DNA of 64,000 bases, from contig JAHITU010000007.1 in assembly GCA_018817595.1 (NCBI GenBank), positions 8,775 to 72,774 on the forward strand. Direction: 5' to 3'. The position numbers were made by a program, and so were the translations under genes. This document shows positions 1-10,403 of this stretch, in pieces. Origin of the DNA: Patescibacteria group bacterium (lineage in GTDB: Bacteria; Patescibacteriota; Minisyncoccia; Phycocordibacterales; UBA12079). Every line of letters begins with the position of its first letter. Within the stretch, counting starts at the first letter, position 1. The notes under the pieces were generated by a model that was not told the origin of the DNA, searched no databases, and was given only the letters and a program-made list of their open reading frames with translations.

Positions 1-164
1 CTGCATCAGTCATTTTCTTCCCCTAAAAAAAGATTTACATTATTTTTCTAAATAAAAGTATATCATTAAATATACAATATGTCAATAACAAGAGCTGAAT
101 CAATCTTTGAATTTTCCACTGACTTTATAGACTTTATGGACTTTTGACTTTATACTTATATCCA

Positions 165-2471
165 ATGTATCTAAAATCTTTAGAAATAGTCGGTTTTAAA
201 TCCTTTGGTAAAAAGGCAAATTTGGAATTCAATTCTGATGTCTCTGCTATTGTGGGACCTAATGGTTCAGGAAAATCAAATGTGGCTGAAGCTTTTCGTT
301 TTGTTTTAGGTGAGCAATCCATTAAATCCATGCGAGGAAAAAGAGGAGAAGACCTAATCTTTAACGGGTCTCAAACAATTCCTCGAGGTAACCGAGCCAG
401 TGTCAAAATAGTTTTTGATAATTCTAAGAGATTTTTGAATCTGGATTTTGATGAAGTAATTATAGAAAGACATGTTCATAGAGATGGAACTAATCAATAT
501 TTTATCAATCGCTCTTCTGTGCGATTAAAAGATGTTTCAGAATTATTGGCAGGGGCTAATATTGGTTCTTCAGGTCATCATATGATTTCACAAGGAGAAG
601 CCGACAGAATTTTGAATGTTAATCCTAAGGAAAGAAGAATGATGATTGAGGAAGCTTTGGGCTTGAAAATCTATCAATATAAAAGAATCGCCAGTGAAAA
701 GAAATTAGACAAGGTTAAAGAAAATATTGATTCTGTGCAGGCTCTGAGAAAAGAAAATGCCCCTCATTTGAAATTCCTGAAAAGACAAATTGGTAAAATG
801 GAAAAGACTTTGGAAATGAGAAAAGAGTTAGGCACCTTATATCGTGAATATTTTAAAAGAGAAAGTGCTTATTTAAAATATTGGAGTGATAAAATCACCA
901 ATGAAAAAAATCCATTAATCGAAAAATTAAAAGATTTAGAACATAGGTCTCAAGAAGCTAAAGCTATTTTGGAAAAATCCCGTGCTGAAGATAAAAGACC
1001 TTTTGAATTAACAGATTTAAAAAACCAGCTGAATTCTCTAAGGAGAGAAAAAGATCAATTTACTTTTAAATTAGGCAGGGTAGAGGGGGTAATTTATGCC
1101 TTAGAGAATAAACCTAAGAAAATAGAAGAGGTTGATAATACAAAGATTTCCTTAAATAAAATTAAAGAATTAGAGTCCGTCATAAACGACCAGATAGAAA
1201 TCGCTTCTAATTTAGAAGAAGTAAACCAAATTAAAGGTATTTTAAATAGAATCAAAGAATCTTTTACTCAATTTATAGTTAAACACTCAATGGCTCAACA
1301 TCCGCCAGCTGGCGGAGAGCTGTTGAATAACGAGATTGATGAAAACTCTAAAAAGATTGAAGAGTTGAAAAATGAAAAGAAGCAAATAGAAGATTCAATA
1401 AAAGAGATAGAAAATAAAGAAGACATTGTTTTAGGGAAATATAACACTCTTAAATCAGAAATAGAACAGGATAAAAACTCAAACCAAGAAGCAGAATTGG
1501 CTGTTTTAGAAATTATGGCTCACCAGACTGAAAGTCGTTCTCAACTAAACTCTCTAGAAATGAAAGAGATTCAAATTGTTTCAGCTCAAGAGAATTATAA
1601 AAAAGAAATGAACGAATCATATATTTTGGCGGGTAGAGATGCTGTGCAATTTAAGGATTTAGATTTACATAATTCTGCAGGAGTAGTTTTGAGCGAGGAA
1701 GAAATTCTGAAAGAAGATAGACAATATCAAAATGAGAGATTGAAAAAAATAGAAAGAATCAAAATTCTTATCGAGGACTCAGGAACTCTTTCTAGTGAAG
1801 ATGTGGTTAAAGAATATGAAGAAGCCTCAAAAAGAGATGAGCACTTATCTAATGAGATTGAAGATTTAGAGAAATCAGCCGAATCATTATTAACTTTGAT
1901 TGAAGAGTTAAAGAAAAAATTAGATATTGAATTCAGAAACGGTTTAGAAAAGATTAATGCTCAATTTAAAGAGTTCTTTATTTTAATGTTTGGAGGAGGA
2001 AGAGCTAATTTAGATTTAGTAAAGGAAAAAGTAACTAGAAAAAAGAAAGACGATTTGAATATGAGTGAGGAAGACTTGGTTAATGAAGTTGAAAACGCAG
2101 ATGGAGAAGACAATGAGATGGGGATTGAAGTAGATGTGTCCTTACCTAATAAAAAAGTAAAAGGTTTACAAATGTTATCAGGCGGGGAGAGGTCTTTGAC
2201 TTCAATTGCTTTGTTGTTTGCTATGTCTCAAGTCACTCCACCCCCCTTTATTATTCTTGATGAAACCGATGCTGCCTTAGATGAAGCCAACTCTAGAAAA
2301 TACGGAGATATGATTGAAAGACTTTCCTCTCATTCACAGTTAATTTTAATTACTCATAATCGAGAAACCATGGCGCGAGCTAATATACTATACGGAGTAA
2401 CCATGGGTTCTGACGGAATCTCAAAATTACTTTCTGTTGAATTTGCCGAAGCAGTAAAGGTAGCAAAATAA
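165..2471 (+). CDS. smc: SMC-family chromosome segregation ATPase (short form)
   Basis: MYLKSLEIVGFKSF N-terminus, Walker A GPNGSGKSN, signature LSGGE, Walker B/D-loop ILDETDAALD, coiled-coil middle; ATG at 165 preferred to TTG at 144. Confidence 0.9.
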   Translation: MYLKSLEIVGFKSFGKKANLEFNSDVSAIVGPNGSGKSNVAEAFRFVLGEQSIKSMRGKRGEDLIFNGSQTIPRGNRASVKIVFDNSKRFLNLDFDEVIIERHVHRDGTNQYFINRSSVRLKDVSELLAGANIGSSGHHMISQGEADRILNVNPKERRMMIEEALGLKIYQYKRIASEKKLDKVKENIDSVQALRKENAPHLKFLKRQIGKMEKTLEMRKELGTLYREYFKRESAYLKYWSDKITNEKNPLIEKLKDLEHRSQEAKAILEKSRAEDKRPFELTDLKNQLNSLRREKDQFTFKLGRVEGVIYALENKPKKIEEVDNTKISLNKIKELESVINDQIEIASNLEEVNQIKGILNRIKESFTQFIVKHSMAQHPPAGGELLNNEIDENSKKIEELKNEKKQIEDSIKEIENKEDIVLGKYNTLKSEIEQDKNSNQEAELAVLEIMAHQTESRSQLNSLEMKEIQIVSAQENYKKEMNESYILAGRDAVQFKDLDLHNSAGVVLSEEEILKEDRQYQNERLKKIERIKILIEDSGTLSSEDVVKEYEEASKRDEHLSNEIEDLEKSAESLLTLIEELKKKLDIEFRNGLEKINAQFKEFFILMFGGGRANLDLVKEKVTRKKKDDLNMSEEDLVNEVENADGEDNEMGIEVDVSLPNKKVKGLQMLSGGERSLTSIALLFAMSQVTPPPFIILDETDAALDEANSRKYGDMIERLSSHSQLILITHNRETMARANILYGVTMGSDGISKLLSVEFAEAVKVAK

Positions 2472-2526
2472 TTTTCAAAAATTTATTTATTATTATTAAA
2501 TAATAATAAATAAAATAATCAATTAA

Positions 2527-2564
2527 ATTATATTATACGATTATATATAATCGTATAATATAAT
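2527..2564. repeat. 38-bp perfect palindrome upstream of wHTH gene
   Basis: attatattatacgattata|tataatcgtataatataat; core repeated at 2903-2932. Confidence 0.9.
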
Positions 2565-2598
2565 AAATAATAATTATTAAAATAATAAATAAATTAGT

Positions 2599-2892
2599 AT
2601 GAAATTTACAGGGAAACAAATAAAATTGCTAGAGCTTTTTTCAAAAGCTCTAGCAAACAAAAATAGAATTAAAATTTTAATTTTAATAAATGAAAAACCG
2701 AAACTAAATGTGGTGAGTATAGCTGATAATTTAAAAATGAATTATCAATCAGTAGCTGTTCACACTCAGAGATTAGAAAAGGTAGGTTTTATACATAAAA
2801 GATATAAAGGTTTGTTAATGGAACATATAATTACTGAAAGAGGAAAACATTTTTTGATTTCATTTCAAAAAGTTTTAAATCTAAAATCTTAA
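2599..2892 (+). CDS. ArsR-like winged-HTH protein
   Basis: FSKALANKNRIKIL...VAVHTQRLEKVGFI pattern; paralog at 28340-28633. Confidence 0.8.
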   Translation: MKFTGKQIKLLELFSKALANKNRIKILILINEKPKLNVVSIADNLKMNYQSVAVHTQRLEKVGFIHKRYKGLLMEHIITERGKHFLISFQKVLNLKS

Positions 2893-2902
2893 CATAAGTA
2901 TT

Positions 2903-2932
2903 TATTATACGATTATATATAATCGTATAATA
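2903..2932. repeat. 30-bp palindrome downstream of wHTH gene
   Basis: tattatacgattatatataatcgtataata, identical to the core of the upstream copy. Confidence 0.9.
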
Positions 2933-3069
2933 GGTTTTTCAATAAATTTAAAAAACAAAGAAACAAATCTAATATTTTTTCAATTGTATTTATGGTTTTT
3001 TTATGATATTTTGAGGGTCAGGATGTTATTTAACTATTTTGAGTAAAAAACTTATAAAGGAGGTCAAGA

Positions 3070-3564
3070 ATGACCAATAACACATGTAGTGACGCAGGAA
3101 AAAAGGCAGGAGTGATTCGCGAGCTTTCAACTATAAATTCTCTGGATGAAAGAAGAACCAATATTCTTTTAGCTTTGATTAAGTATATCAAAGCCGGTTA
3201 TCCCATGGAAAATGGAAAAACATGGAAAAGGTTTTTTGGAAAGATCAGAGAGTGTTGGTTTTCTGAAAATCCTCTTAAAGTTTGGAAAAAACTTCTCACT
3301 AGCTCCAATTTCAAAAAATTGGATATCTGTGAAAGAAGACTTGTTCAGGAATCTTCACCTTTTGCTGATTGTTTCTTTATTTCTGTGGGGGATACTGTAG
3401 AGGGTTCAGCTCTAAGAGAAAATCTTCTCTGTTTTGCTGAACCTATTCTTGTTGAAGAAGTGAACGGTCACGGGAATAAACATTGCAATTTGAACGAATT
3501 GGTTTTTGTTGTTTCTGAAGATAATTTTGAAGGGAGTTTTTTAAATGTTACTCTTTTCATTTAA
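3070..3564 (+). CDS. hypothetical protein (orphan, strong SD)
   Basis: 164-aa ORF, aaggaggt upstream, terminator immediately downstream. Confidence 0.7.
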   Translation: MTNNTCSDAGKKAGVIRELSTINSLDERRTNILLALIKYIKAGYPMENGKTWKRFFGKIRECWFSENPLKVWKKLLTSSNFKKLDICERRLVQESSPFADCFFISVGDTVEGSALRENLLCFAEPILVEEVNGHGNKHCNLNELVFVVSEDNFEGSFLNVTLFI

Positions 3565-3574
3565 GTTTTTAGTC

Positions 3575-3617
3575 AAAAAGCACTGGTTACCGTTGTTACG
3601 GAACCAGTGCTTTTTAT
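3575..3617. terminator. bidirectional intrinsic terminator
   Basis: aaaaagcactggtt...aaccagtgcttttt between convergent genes. Confidence 0.75.
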
Positions 3618-3626
3618 TTTATATTT

Positions 3627-5618
3627 TTATTCTGAAATCAATTCAAAATCGATTACTTGTTTGTCTAAATCAGTTTTGACTAATTTTACTCTAACCTTGT
3701 CTCCTAGGGTATGCTTTACCCTTGTTTTTTGTCCCACTAGGCGATAATGCTTAGTATCTAATTCATAGTAATCATCCTGAAGAGAACGAACACTAATCAT
3801 TCCTTCAGCTCCGTTTTCTGCTTGGACATACACACCCCATTTTGTAATTCCAGAAATAATTCCTTCGAATTCCTGACCAATTTTACTCGACATTAACTCT
3901 GTGAACTTATATTTCGTAGAAGCTCTTTCGGCTGTTACGGCTGCAATTTCTTGTTGAGTGGATTTGCTGGTTAATTCTTTGTATTTTTTAATAGAACGAG
4001 GAGAAAGATTTTTCCCTGCTAAATAATTTTTCATCAAACGATGCACCATCATATCAGGGTAACGACGAATAGGTGAAGTGAAGTGAGTATAATGTTTGAA
4101 TCCTAAACCAAAATGCCCAATATTTTGAGTCGAGTAAATTGCCTTTGCCATTGATTTAAGCATAGCCGTAGCAATCAAATCTTCTTCTGGCAAACCTTCA
4201 ATTTTCATTAATAAATCATTCAATTCTTTTGAAGAAACTTTATTATCTTTGATTTTTAAATTGAATCCAATAGTTTTTAGGAACTCTGACAATTCTTTCA
4301 ATTGTTCTGTTTTAGGTACATCGTGAATTCTATAAACAAAAGGTAATTGAATCTTCAGTTTTTCTTCTTGATGACTTATATATTGGGCTACTTCGCGATT
4401 AGCTAAAAGCATAAAGTCTTCAATTAACTCATTAGTATCCATCATTTGCTTTTCGTAAACATCAATAGCCTTTCCGGTTTTGTCCAAAATAAATTTGTAT
4501 TCGTTTGATCCAAAGGAAATAGAACCTTTTTCGGTTCTGTCAGCTCGGAGAATTAGAGCCAATTCATTCAAGGTATTTAATTCCTTATAGAATTCACCAG
4601 CTTTATTATCCAAGGTTTCTTGAGCATTTTTGTAGGTGAATCTTTTGTCAGAATGAATAATAGTTTCTCCAAACCATCTAGCTTTTACTTGTGCATTTTT
4701 ATCTATTATGAAAACAGCAGAATAAGTCAATTTGTCTTCATTAGGATTAAGAGAACATAGGTTATTAGAAAGCACTTCAGGAAGCATCGGAATCGTACGG
4801 TCTATTAGATAAACAGAGGTACATCTAACAGTAGCTTCACGGTCTATTGGGGAGTCAATAGGAACATAGTGGGTTACATCAGCGATATGAACTCCAATTT
4901 CATAATCCCCATTTTCTAATTCTTTGAACGATAAAGCATCATCAAAATCCTTGGCGTCATCAGGGTCGATAGTAAAAGTAATTCTGTCTCGCATATCCTT
5001 TCTCTTAGGAATTTCTTGAGCGAAGTCTTTTAGAGCTTGTTTGGATATAACTTCGGCTTCAGCTTCGACACCTTCTGGAAAATCAGGTTCAAAACCTTTT
5101 TCATAAAGAATAGCTTGCATTTCAGTTTCATTGTCACCCTTATGTCCGATTACTTTAATTATTTTTCCTTGAGGATTTTTCTTTGGGTCATTCCATTCAG
5201 ACATTTCAGCTACGATTTTTACATCATGGCTGGGGATTTCTCCATCACTAAGGTCTAGGTCTAAACGGGGGTAAAATTTAATATCATCGGCAACTAAAAA
5301 ATAACCTTCATTATCTTTTCCTAAGGTTCCTACAAATTTAGTTTTAACTCTGTTTAATATTTCAGTAACTTTGGCTATTTTAGTCCCTGCCTGCCGAGAG
5401 GCATGGTTTCCTCTTTTAGCTACTTTGATTTTTACTATATCTCCATTTAGAGCAGTATTCAAATCAAAGTCAGAAATTTCAAAATCTCCGTGTTCGGTTT
5501 TCAAGAAACCACGCTTTCTTGTGGTTACTATAATATTACCTTCATAAAATTCTTGCTCTTTATCTTGAGATTTTTTATGTTTCTTTTCATATGTCTTGTT
5601 TTTCTTCATACCCCACAT
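3627..5618 (-). CDS. rnr: ribonuclease R
   Basis: RNB motifs TIDPDDAKDFDDA, HFTSPIRRYPD; C-terminal S1 domain. Confidence 0.93.
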   Translation of the reverse strand: MWGMKKNKTYEKKHKKSQDKEQEFYEGNIIVTTRKRGFLKTEHGDFEISDFDLNTALNGDIVKIKVAKRGNHASRQAGTKIAKVTEILNRVKTKFVGTLGKDNEGYFLVADDIKFYPRLDLDLSDGEIPSHDVKIVAEMSEWNDPKKNPQGKIIKVIGHKGDNETEMQAILYEKGFEPDFPEGVEAEAEVISKQALKDFAQEIPKRKDMRDRITFTIDPDDAKDFDDALSFKELENGDYEIGVHIADVTHYVPIDSPIDREATVRCTSVYLIDRTIPMLPEVLSNNLCSLNPNEDKLTYSAVFIIDKNAQVKARWFGETIIHSDKRFTYKNAQETLDNKAGEFYKELNTLNELALILRADRTEKGSISFGSNEYKFILDKTGKAIDVYEKQMMDTNELIEDFMLLANREVAQYISHQEEKLKIQLPFVYRIHDVPKTEQLKELSEFLKTIGFNLKIKDNKVSSKELNDLLMKIEGLPEEDLIATAMLKSMAKAIYSTQNIGHFGLGFKHYTHFTSPIRRYPDMMVHRLMKNYLAGKNLSPRSIKKYKELTSKSTQQEIAAVTAERASTKYKFTELMSSKIGQEFEGIISGITKWGVYVQAENGAEGMISVRSLQDDYYELDTKHYRLVGQKTRVKHTLGDKVRVKLVKTDLDKQVIDFELISE

Positions 5619-5640
5619 TATATGATAAAACTTTAAAATT

Positions 5641-5673
5641 GTCGCCTCATCGGCGACCCGCCGATGAGGCGGG
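5641..5673. repeat. double-hairpin GC-rich repeat
   Basis: gtcgcctcatcggcgacccgccgatgaggcggg; near-identical copy at 25758-25790. Confidence 0.8.
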
Positions 5674-5742
5674 AAAGAAAATAAAAAATGATTATTACTT
5701 ACAAAGTTTTGTGGTAAAATATAAAAAAATTAAAAAATAGAT

Positions 5743-6174
5743 ATGAGTGATAATAAAAAAATTAAATTACAGGTTGGAGTAAAAATATTTTTAAAAAATA
5801 AAAATAATAAGTACTTAATTTTACATAGAAATATAGAAAAGTACCCTGATAACGATGGAAACTGGGATATAGTAGGAGGGAGGATTGATCGTGGTATTTC
5901 ACTTTTAGAAAATTTACAAAGAGAGGTAAAGGAAGAAACTCAATTAGATTTAGAAAATAATCCTCAACTTATAGGCGCTCAAGATATCTTACGAGTAAAA
6001 GGACTCCATGTAGTAAGACTAACTTATATTGCTAATATAGAAGGAGACCCCACTTTAAGTGATGAACATGATAGATTTAAATGGCTTTCCATTGAGGGTA
6101 TAAAAAAACTTATTGCTGAGAACAGAATGGATATTTATTCTAAAGAATTGATAGAAAAAGGGTTGTTAAAATAA
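5743..6174 (+). CDS. NUDIX hydrolase
   Basis: Nudix box GGRIDRGISLLENLQREVKEETQL. Confidence 0.88.
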   Translation: MSDNKKIKLQVGVKIFLKNKNNKYLILHRNIEKYPDNDGNWDIVGGRIDRGISLLENLQREVKEETQLDLENNPQLIGAQDILRVKGLHVVRLTYIANIEGDPTLSDEHDRFKWLSIEGIKKLIAENRMDIYSKELIEKGLLK

Positions 6175-6305
6175 TTTATATAATTTTATAAAAAACTATG
6201 GACGTACTACGTCCATAGTTTTTTAATTTAAAATCTAAAATTTAAAATTTATAATTCCGACTTTTTTAATAAAAAAAAGTCGGCTGTGGATAACTATGTT
6301 TGCTC

Positions 6306-6353
6306 AGTGGGACAGAGTGTTATAGAATATGCACCAGGTGGTAGAAAGTGGGA
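6306..6353 (+). promoter_or_regulatory. probable MraZ operator repeats
   Basis: GTGGGA/GTGGTA/GTGGGA boxes upstream of mraZ, resembling known TGGG-type MraZ boxes. Confidence 0.55.
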
Positions 6354-6436
6354 AGTTAGAAATAAAGAAAAACTTGCTTTAGCAAATTTTTACCTAAAAG
6401 CTAAGTTTACCTAACCTACTAACCCCCTAAAACATT

Positions 6437-6871
6437 ATGTTAATCGGAGAATATACACACACATTAGATCCAAAGAAGCGGGTATCATTACCGGCTAAAT
6501 TTCGAGCTGTTTTGGGAAAATCTATGGTGATTACTCGTGGTCTAGATCATTGTATTTATATTTATACTCAAAATGAATGGAAAAAAGTTTTAGAGCAACT
6601 TTCTAATCTATCAATGCTACAAGCGGATTCTCGTTCATTTAAAAGATTTATGATTTCAGGAGCTGAAGAAATTTCTGTTGATTCAGTAGGAAGAATATTA
6701 GTACCAGACTTTTTGAAAAATTATGCAAAATTGAAAACTAAAGTCGTTTTGGCAGGAGTGAATGATCACATTGAAGTTTGGGATGAAAAGACATGGAAGA
6801 TTTACAAAGAAAAGGTTGAAAATTCAGCAGATGTATTGGCAGAAAAATTAGGTGAGATAGGAATAATTTAA
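6437..6871 (+). CDS. mraZ: transcriptional regulator MraZ
   Basis: MLIGEYTHTLDPKKRVSLP, DSVGRILVP; first gene of the dcw cluster. Confidence 0.95.
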   Translation: MLIGEYTHTLDPKKRVSLPAKFRAVLGKSMVITRGLDHCIYIYTQNEWKKVLEQLSNLSMLQADSRSFKRFMISGAEEISVDSVGRILVPDFLKNYAKLKTKVVLAGVNDHIEVWDEKTWKIYKEKVENSADVLAEKLGEIGII

Positions 6872-6874
6872 ATT

Positions 6875-7777
6875 ATGACTATTCACAAACCAGTTCTTTT
6901 AAAAGAAGTGATAGAAGGATTAGATATCCAAGTCGGTGATGTTGTTATAGATGGCACGGTTGGCGGCGGAGGATATCTTATAGGCATTTGTTCTCATTTA
7001 GGCAAAGGGGGAATTATGATTGGTTTGGACCAAGATAATTCAGCCCTAGAAAGAGTCAAAAAAAAACTTTCTTTTCAAAATATTGTTTGTAAAACACATT
7101 TAGTAAATGCAAACTTTAGGAATCTAGATTCTGTTTTAAAGGATTTAAATTTAGAGAAAGTAGATAAAGTTGTCTTTGATTTAGGAATTAGTTCAGATCA
7201 GTTAGATAACTCAGGTAGAGGTTTTTCCTTTCAAAAGGATGAACCATTGATAATGTCTTTGAAAAAAGATTTAACTGAAGACGATTTGACTGCCTCTGAG
7301 ATAGTAAATAATTGGGATGAAGATAATTTAGCTGACATTATTTTTGGCTACGGAGAAGAAAAGTTTTCTCGAAAAATTGCCAAAGAAATTTGTGAAGCTC
7401 GAAAAGAGAAAAAAATTGAGACTACTTTTGAGTTAGTTGAAATAATAGAGAGAGCAGTTCCCAAATGGTATTTATTTAAAAAAACCCATTTTGCTACCAA
7501 GACTTTTCAGGCATTAAGGATTACTGTAAACGACGAAATTGAATCTTTAAGAGAAGGTATGCAAAAAGCATATGACGCTTTAAATTCAGATGGAAGATTA
7601 GCAATAGTATCTTTTCATTCAAGAGAAGACCGAATTATTAAAAGGTTTTTTAGAGAAATGAAAAATGAGAAAAAAGGAATTTTAGTAAATAAAAAACCTA
7701 TCAGTCCAAGCCCAGAAGAGTTAAAGACAAATCCTCGTTCACGTTCTGCAAAATTAAGAATTATTCAAAAGATTTAA
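6875..7777 (+). CDS. rsmH: 16S rRNA m4C1402 methyltransferase
   Basis: HKPVLLKE, DLGISSDQLD, NPRSRSAKLR. Confidence 0.95.
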   Translation: MTIHKPVLLKEVIEGLDIQVGDVVIDGTVGGGGYLIGICSHLGKGGIMIGLDQDNSALERVKKKLSFQNIVCKTHLVNANFRNLDSVLKDLNLEKVDKVVFDLGISSDQLDNSGRGFSFQKDEPLIMSLKKDLTEDDLTASEIVNNWDEDNLADIIFGYGEEKFSRKIAKEICEARKEKKIETTFELVEIIERAVPKWYLFKKTHFATKTFQALRITVNDEIESLREGMQKAYDALNSDGRLAIVSFHSREDRIIKRFFREMKNEKKGILVNKKPISPSPEELKTNPRSRSAKLRIIQKI

Positions 7778-7945
7778 GAATTAAGATTTAAGATTTAGGA
7801 ATTAAAAATAATGAAGAAAAATTTGCGACTAAAACATTTTAAAAAATGTTCGTCCAACCAAAACTGTGTTTTGGTTTAGGAAGCAAATTCTTCTTCAAAA
7901 AGCTAACACCTAATCCGCCAGCTGGCGGACTAAACAACTAATAAA

Positions 7946-8266
7946 ATGACAGAAGCAATAGTATTAAAAATAAATAATATAAATAAAAAGAAAATCTTTA
8001 TTTCTTTGATTTTTGCATTGGCTTTTTTCTCTTGTTCTTATATTTATTTGATTCTTCAAACAACAATGAACATAACTACATATCAAGACATTAAACAAGA
8101 AATAATAGAATTAGATTCACAAATCGGTGATCTTGAATTTGAATATATGTTCCTGAAAAAAAATATCAATTTAGAAATGGCTAAGACTTTGGGTTATGTC
8201 GAAGCTTCTAATATTAATTTCATAGATAAAGATATCGTAACTAATAAACTTTCTTTAAAAGACTAA
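7946..8266 (+). CDS. ftsL: FtsL-like cell division protein
   Basis: single TM plus coiled coil, located between rsmH and ftsI. Confidence 0.65.
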   Translation: MTEAIVLKINNINKKKIFISLIFALAFFSCSYIYLILQTTMNITTYQDIKQEIIELDSQIGDLEFEYMFLKKNINLEMAKTLGYVEASNINFIDKDIVTNKLSLKD

Positions 8267-8278
8267 TATTGAATTTAA

Positions 8279-10012
8279 ATGAAAAAATCAAGTTTTTTAT
8301 TTAGAATAAAATTTTTGTATGCAGGTTTATTCCTGTTTTTCTTTATTTTAGTTGGTCAATTATATATGATTCAAATAGTTAAGGGTGATGAATATAGTGA
8401 AAAAGCCGACAATCAATATATTAAACCTCAGTATATTTTCAATCGAGGAAATATTTATTTTGAAGATAAAAATGGAAAAAGAATTTCTGCTGCTATGACT
8501 CGCTCAGGTTTCCAATTAACTATTAATCCTTCTTTGATTGAGGATGCAGAAGGCACCTTTAACAAATTATCTCAAATAATAGAAATAGACAAAGAAGACT
8601 TTATGTATCGAGCTGGGAAAAAAGATGATACTTATGAGGTAATAAAAAGACAAATTATAGACGATAAAATATCAAAACAAATAAAAGATTTAAAATTAAA
8701 AGGGGTTACTCTTGAATTAGATAAGTGGCGTTTCTACCCAGGAGATAAATTAGCTTCTCATGTTTTAGGTTTTGTTGGTTACAACGAAGATTCTCTTGAA
8801 GGAATTTATGGAGTGGAAAAATATTATAATTATATATTAAACAGAGAATCAAAAAATCTTTTTGTGAACTTTTTTGCAGAGATTTTTTTGAATGTGAATT
8901 CTGTTATTGATGGAGACGACTCAAAAAAAGAAGGAGATATTGTTTTAACTATAGAACCTACTGTGCAAGAATACTTAGAAACTACATTAGAAGACTTGGA
9001 AGAAAAATGGAGTACTGATTTGGCAGGTGGAATTATAATAGACCCCAATAACGGAGAAATAATCGCTATGGGTTTTTCTCCTTCTTTTGATCCAAATAAT
9101 TTTTCTAAAGCTAAAGATGGAGTGCTTTTTGGAAATCCTATGGTGGAATCTGTATATGAAATGGGTTCTATTATTAAAGCCTTGACCATGGCTATTGGTT
9201 TAGACACTGGTGTGGTTACTGCAGAGACCACCTACAATGACACTGGTTTTAAAACCTTGAATGGAAAGACTTTTTATAATTATGATGGAAAAGCCAGAGG
9301 GGTGGTTCCTATGCAAGAAGTTCTAAATCAGTCTTTGAATATTGGCGCAGCCTTTGTCGAAAACAAAATAGGAAATGAAAGATTTGCAAAATACCTTTTG
9401 GATTTAGGTATCGGGGAAGAAACGGGAATTGATTTACCTAATGAAACTTATGGTTTGGTTTCTAATTTAGAATCCACTCGAGATATTGAATATGCTACTG
9501 CGTCATTTGGACAAGGAATAGCTATGACTCCAATAGAGACAGTTAAAGCTTTATCAGCTTTGGCTAATGGAGGAGTCCTAATAACTCCGCATTTAGTTAA
9601 AGAAATAAAATATAGTGTTTTATCTTCTGATGAAATATCGTATGATGATAATGAAAGGATTTTTAAAGAAGAGACTTCTGATGAAATCAGTCGAATGTTA
9701 GTTCAGGTTGTGGATGAAGCATTGTTAGGAGGAACAGTAAAATCTGAAGATTATACTATCGCCGCTAAGACAGGAACCGCTCAGATGGCAAAGGAAGACG
9801 GAAGAGGGTATTATGATGATAAGTATCTACACAGTTTTTTCGGCTATTTCCCAGCTACTCGTCCTGAGTTTTTAACATTTTTATATGTTGTGGACCCAAA
9901 GAATGTAAATTATGCCTCTCATACTTTAACACAGCCCTTTATGGACATTTTTAAATTTTTAGTTAATTATTATGAAGTGGTACCCGACAGAGTCGGAGTC
10001 GAAAGTCTGTAA
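8279..10012 (+). CDS. ftsI: class B penicillin-binding protein (FtsI/PBP2)
   Basis: GSIIK, SLN, KTGTAQ motifs; RGNIY dimerisation domain. Confidence 0.9.
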   Translation: MKKSSFLFRIKFLYAGLFLFFFILVGQLYMIQIVKGDEYSEKADNQYIKPQYIFNRGNIYFEDKNGKRISAAMTRSGFQLTINPSLIEDAEGTFNKLSQIIEIDKEDFMYRAGKKDDTYEVIKRQIIDDKISKQIKDLKLKGVTLELDKWRFYPGDKLASHVLGFVGYNEDSLEGIYGVEKYYNYILNRESKNLFVNFFAEIFLNVNSVIDGDDSKKEGDIVLTIEPTVQEYLETTLEDLEEKWSTDLAGGIIIDPNNGEIIAMGFSPSFDPNNFSKAKDGVLFGNPMVESVYEMGSIIKALTMAIGLDTGVVTAETTYNDTGFKTLNGKTFYNYDGKARGVVPMQEVLNQSLNIGAAFVENKIGNERFAKYLLDLGIGEETGIDLPNETYGLVSNLESTRDIEYATASFGQGIAMTPIETVKALSALANGGVLITPHLVKEIKYSVLSSDEISYDDNERIFKEETSDEISRMLVQVVDEALLGGTVKSEDYTIAAKTGTAQMAKEDGRGYYDDKYLHSFFGYFPATRPEFLTFLYVVDPKNVNYASHTLTQPFMDIFKFLVNYYEVVPDRVGVESL

Positions 10013-10080
10013 GGTCTATAAAGTCAAAAGTAACAAATTTTTACTTCGTAAAAATTCGTAGACGAAAAGCTAAAGCTTTT

Positions 10081-10159
10081 CGTCTTTGCGAGGAGTGTAG
10101 CGTAGCGAAATGACGAAGCAATCTCTTTACGTTCGTCTCTGCGAGGAGCGGAACGCAGT
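10081..10159. repeat. tandem pair of cgtcYYtgcgagga...gacgaagcaRtc hairpin repeats
   Basis: same family at 13338-13413, 26521-26634, 41035-41148, 42577-42641, 60853-60920. Confidence 0.75.
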
Positions 10160-10224
10160 GGAGCGATGTGGCAGTCCAGAAATAATAAATTTATTATAAA
10201 ATATGATAAAGTAATATATACAAA

Positions 10225-10361
10225 AAAATACAGCCCAGAATTCAATTGTTACATTGAATTCCGGACTGGTTGAAACTCAGGGTTCCTTCTAAAAATTCCT
10301 ATTTTGCAAAGAATTTCCGATCCATAAGATCTTTCAGAACACCCTAATCCTCTCGAGAACT
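10225..10361 (-). ncRNA. candidate small RNA
   Basis: minus-strand TTGACA (10390-10395) and TAAAAT (10368-10373), internal stem, terminator hairpin 10231-10268 with T tract; no useful ORF. Confidence 0.35.
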
Positions 10362-10403
10362 AATATTATTTTAATATAAATAAACAACTTGTCAAGTAAT
10401 ATC

